DNA of 63,320 nt, filler included, from Globobulimina sp. (lineage: Eukaryota), in assembly GCA_003354225.1 (NCBI GenBank). It is 56 parts of 56 records of this genome, joined end to end, with 100 filler letters (N's around TTAATTAATTAA, not from the genome) between each part and the next. Parts side by side here need not be neighbours in the genome. Positions count along the whole stretch, not along the records: positions 60,025 to 61,056 come from PIVH01025317.1; positions 61,157 to 62,188 come from PIVH01025318.1; positions 62,289 to 63,320 come from PIVH01025319.1; 53 more parts are not named here. One strand, given 5' to 3'. Within the stretch, counting starts at the first letter, position 1, and each line of letters begins with the position of its first letter. Positions 59,925 to 63,320 of this stretch are shown here, piece after piece. Both the position numbers and the translations under genes were made by a program. The notes below the pieces were generated by a model, which was not told the DNA's origin, ran no database searches, and was given only the letters and a program-made list of their open reading frames with translations.

Positions 59925-60416
59925 NNNNNNNNNNNNNNNNNNNNNNNNNNNNNNNNNNNNNNNNNNNNTTAATTAATTAANNNNNNNNNNNNNNNNNNNN
60001 NNNNNNNNNNNNNNNNNNNNNNNNATAAATGGAATCCTCGTGTCCGATAACATACTATTTTATCTTTTTATGTACAATTATGGGCAAGAAGAGACTTTTC
60101 GGTGTTGCCGATCAGATTTCTCACTCAAACCACATGAACTTACATTAGGATGTATACCGTTTGGTCTCTGTCATACAAAAGTCTATAACTTTTACCCTTA
60201 ACATTTCGTAAAAAACATGATTTATGCATAATTTTGACACGGTGAACAACTTGCGATAGTTTATTTTTCAGAAGAAATTCGTTAAAGACGTCTTTTTTAA
60301 GGTTTAAATTTTCGTCACTTTGTTCAGAAATATTTAACTATTTTTTACTCAAAGTTACGTGAACCGATTTGCTGAGATTTCGCGCTGTTGCACCTGTAGT
60401 AGAAAGGTACAAACAA

Positions 60417-60610
60417 GCGAAATTTCAGCCGAATCGACCGACGCTAGCTGGAGTAAGCAATCGCCAAAAATTTGCAGATCAGCGAAATTTCTGGTCAGCA
60501 AATATTTAACGAATTTTAACTACGGTGTGCGTCAGTCGATTCGGCTGAAATTCCGCATGTCGCTTCTTTCCTACCACAGGTATAACAGTGCGAAATTTCA
60601 GCCGAATCGA
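60417..60610. repeat. Direct and inverted GCGAAATTTCAGCCGAATCGA repeats (non-autonomous transposon-like)
   Basis: Direct copies at 60417 and 60590; inverted partial copy at 60536-60552. Confidence 0.7.
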
Positions 60611-61156
60611 TAGACGCGATCCGGAGTTACAAATCGTTAAATATCAAATCGACGTCACCAGACCAGACCCATAGGTCTTTTGAAATCTGATATCAGTGTG
60701 GAAAGCATAGAGAGTGAGAGAAAACACATGGCTTGTTCACGTATTAGAAATTTCTTCTAAAATTAGAGTTAATTGGAATGATCCAGAAGTGCATGATAGA
60801 TTTAAGATTGTGTGAACTCGGAGATTGTGATTTTCAATGAATCTGTCACCTTTTTAGTGGATTTTGCTCAATTTTATAACTGTTGTACCTTTGGTAAAAA
60901 GGAACCAACGTAGAAAGTTTCAGTCAAATCGGAATAAGGAAAGAAGAGTTAAAAATCGCTTAAGTTTTGCTAACGTGCGCTTTTGCTCATCATAAGTTTT
61001 CGGCGAATTGTTTCTCCGATTTCTTTCAGGCGATTTCGCGGATTTTTTGTGCGTTGNNNNNNNNNNNNNNNNNNNNNNNNNNNNNNNNNNNNNNNNNNNN
61101 TTAATTAATTAANNNNNNNNNNNNNNNNNNNNNNNNNNNNNNNNNNNNNNNNNNNN

Positions 61157-62143
61157 CTGTGGAAACGCTCTTATAAAGTACATGTAAAACGAAACCATGG
61201 AATGTCAAGAACAACCCCAGCCATAACTGATAGCTTTATTGTTACTGTTGGTCCTAAAGGGCATGCTATGTGTGTGAACCCACAAAACTGGGATCTACTT
61301 GGGGGTTTAGATATGGTAAAAGAATATAATACAGAAATTCCTTTTTGGTATACAGGCCAGTGCCCCATAATTGACAATAATACTGCAATTTTTGCTCCCG
61401 GAGGAAAGACCTTAATGATTGGAGTTGATTGCACAACTGGAAAAATAGTCTGGGAAACGCCAAATACTGATAATTGGCAAATGTCACACTCTTCAATTAT
61501 ACCAATGACATTTGGTGGAAAAAAAATGTATGTGTATGCTGCCGTAGGTGGAATATTTGGTGTTTCGGCTCATGGAGAAGATAAAGGGAAGCTTTTATGG
61601 AAAAGTAAAATATTTTCACCTTCTGTGGTAGCACCATCACCATTGATTATTGGTAATGGAACAATTTTAATAACAGCTGGTTATGGAGCTGGCTCGGCAG
61701 TTTTTCAATTAAAAAAAACGGGCGAAAAATTCACTGTTGAACTGGTAAAAAAATACAAGCCTAGTAAAGGAATTGCATCCGAACAACAAACACCAATTTT
61801 ATATAATGGTCATGTATTTGGAATTTTGCCTAAGGATGCTGGTAGTAATCGTAACCAGTTTGTAGTAGCCAAACCAACAGACCTTACTAAGATATTATGG
61901 ACGAGTGGCAAATCAGACCGTTTTGGATTAGGACCCTATATTTTAGCAGATGGTAAGTTTTTCATTTTAAATGATGACGGAACCTTAACAATAGCAAAAG
62001 CAAGTACTCAAAAATTTGTACCTTTAGATAAAACACAGGTTATTGATGGACATGATGCCTGGGGACCAATTGCCATTGCTGATGGATATATGTTGATGCG
62101 TGATTCTAAAACAATGTTGTGTTTGGATATACGGGCTAATTAA
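61157..62143 (+). CDS. PQQ-binding-like beta-propeller protein (bacterial), 5' partial
   Basis: Repeated GK.(V/L)W motifs, SHSS, GYGAGS and AWGPIAIADG...RD...CLD. Confidence 0.85.
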   Translation: MWKRSYKVHVKRNHGMSRTTPAITDSFIVTVGPKGHAMCVNPQNWDLLGGLDMVKEYNTEIPFWYTGQCPIIDNNTAIFAPGGKTLMIGVDCTTGKIVWETPNTDNWQMSHSSIIPMTFGGKKMYVYAAVGGIFGVSAHGEDKGKLLWKSKIFSPSVVAPSPLIIGNGTILITAGYGAGSAVFQLKKTGEKFTVELVKKYKPSKGIASEQQTPILYNGHVFGILPKDAGSNRNQFVVAKPTDLTKILWTSGKSDRFGLGPYILADGKFFILNDDGTLTIAKASTQKFVPLDKTQVIDGHDAWGPIAIADGYMLMRDSKTMLCLDIRAN

Positions 62144-62871
62144 TATATTAATTATAACGAAAAGCATTTTTTAAAATATTAATTCATTNNNNNNNNNNNN
62201 NNNNNNNNNNNNNNNNNNNNNNNNNNNNNNNNTTAATTAATTAANNNNNNNNNNNNNNNNNNNNNNNNNNNNNNNNNNNNNNNNNNNNATTGTGTTTTAA
62301 TTTGAATTTGTAAAAATCAGAACAAGTCAGATTAACGTTTTATGATTGGCCATTGTCGTTTGGTTGGCTTATCATTATCATTCGCAACTGTTACATGAAT
62401 CCCGCACTGCGCGTTGATACTGTAGAATGGACATGGAATGAACATGAATGCAATTAAGTGTTTCTGTGCTGTATGTAAATGATCCAAAGAATGATCCAAA
62501 TGTATGATCCACTTCCTGTAAATTGCAAGTTTTCTGAATTATTATTTGGTGCATGCAGCTGTCGTTCGAGCAAAGTGTAAAGTAACCTATATAACAGAAC
62601 ATATATTATATATGATTACAGGTCCACCATTTCTTTAATATATTATCTCAAATAATATATATATATACATTATTCGGAACACCACTGTACATATATGATC
62701 CAATGTGATTCGAACATTTTTTGCCTTCACTCCACTAAACTAAATGTTTCACATACTATATTGGCTTAGATTATTAGGGCTTTCCGATAAATACTTATCG
62801 AACGTACACGAAAAATCAGTACTTTCTGTTCAATGAATAGTTCAAAACAAATAAATGTATCAACAAAAATA

Positions 62872-63085
62872 TAGTAGTAGTGGGGGAACATTCAGCCAGG
62901 ATCTAAGTCTGGCTCCATGCTCACCGATTGCTTAAATATCCCGTTGCGGGTATATATAAACTGAAAACATTTTTGAACAGCAGAAATTTGTGCGCGTTGT
63001 TCATTTCCATGGTGCGCGTTGTAATTTCGACGGGTGGGAGACGAATTTTGATGATTTGTGTGCTGGGATAATTCGTTTTCGTGTG
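62872..63085 (-). mobile_element. 5'-truncated LINE copy related to 12469..13499
   Basis: Ends GIFKQSVSMEPDLDPG*, then an 11-nt UTR and (CTA)3; colinear NSS-x4-NYN upstream. Confidence 0.8.
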
Positions 63086-63320
63086 TGTGTGTTGTATGAA
63101 ACAATTTACTGATAAAAATATAACGCGAACACATTGTCTAAAATAGATAACGCACACATTGTCTAAAATAAATACAAAAAAAAGGTTTGTTGTTGCAATT
63201 GCGATGGAACCTATGGTCCAATTTTAATTACGTATTAAATTACCTTCATTGTACATGTTTGTTTGTAGTTTCAAATGCCAAATATCATCGAACCCAAAAC
63301 TTTTTTGAAGTGATCTAGTC

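Noticed and set aside
63113-63121. TATATTTTT as target-site duplication of the truncated LINE
   Set aside because: It is a low-complexity 9-mer in AT-rich DNA and cannot be distinguished from chance.

Overview
This window is not a contiguous locus. It is 56 unrelated short contigs (1032-1034 bp, sorted by decreasing length) joined by an artificial 100-bp linker (N44-TTAATTAATTAA-N44), so adjacency across linkers has no biological meaning and most genes are partial. Most contigs are AT-rich eukaryotic DNA with short introns. Their gene families resemble those I recall from foraminifera (Reticulomyxa-like), which is an inference, not a database result. Recognisable eukaryotic genes include POLE, EFTUD2/Snu114, Amt, an RNAi-type RdRP, a caspase-like protease, nitrobindin, SLC10A7-, CTL-, TauE- and XK-like membrane proteins, SAM, MYND and MRH proteins, an amidase and a sulfotransferase. 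Other contigs are bacterial (cheR/cheB, Bacteroidetes mobA, a PQQ-like propeller, an integron cassette), thaumarchaeal or probably metazoan, and two are bacteria/eukaryote chimeras, consistent with an amplified single-cell or holobiont assembly. Mobile DNA is abundant: DIRS-type RT and tyrosine recombinases, LINE fragments, a Harbinger Myb gene, MITEs and a fold-back satellite. The most unusual observations are: (1) two sequence-divergent but structurally equivalent tRNA-like modules lacking the anticodon arm, each associated with the same TAGGG..CCGATA terminal-repeat family; (2) a LINE family whose ORF2 ends in an invariant peptide overlapping a conserved 3' stem-loop and (CTA)n tail; (3) a pseudo-caspase/caspase tandem; (4) long fold-back structures downstream of DIRS-type recombinases. 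All calls come from reading and motif recall only; no searches were run.
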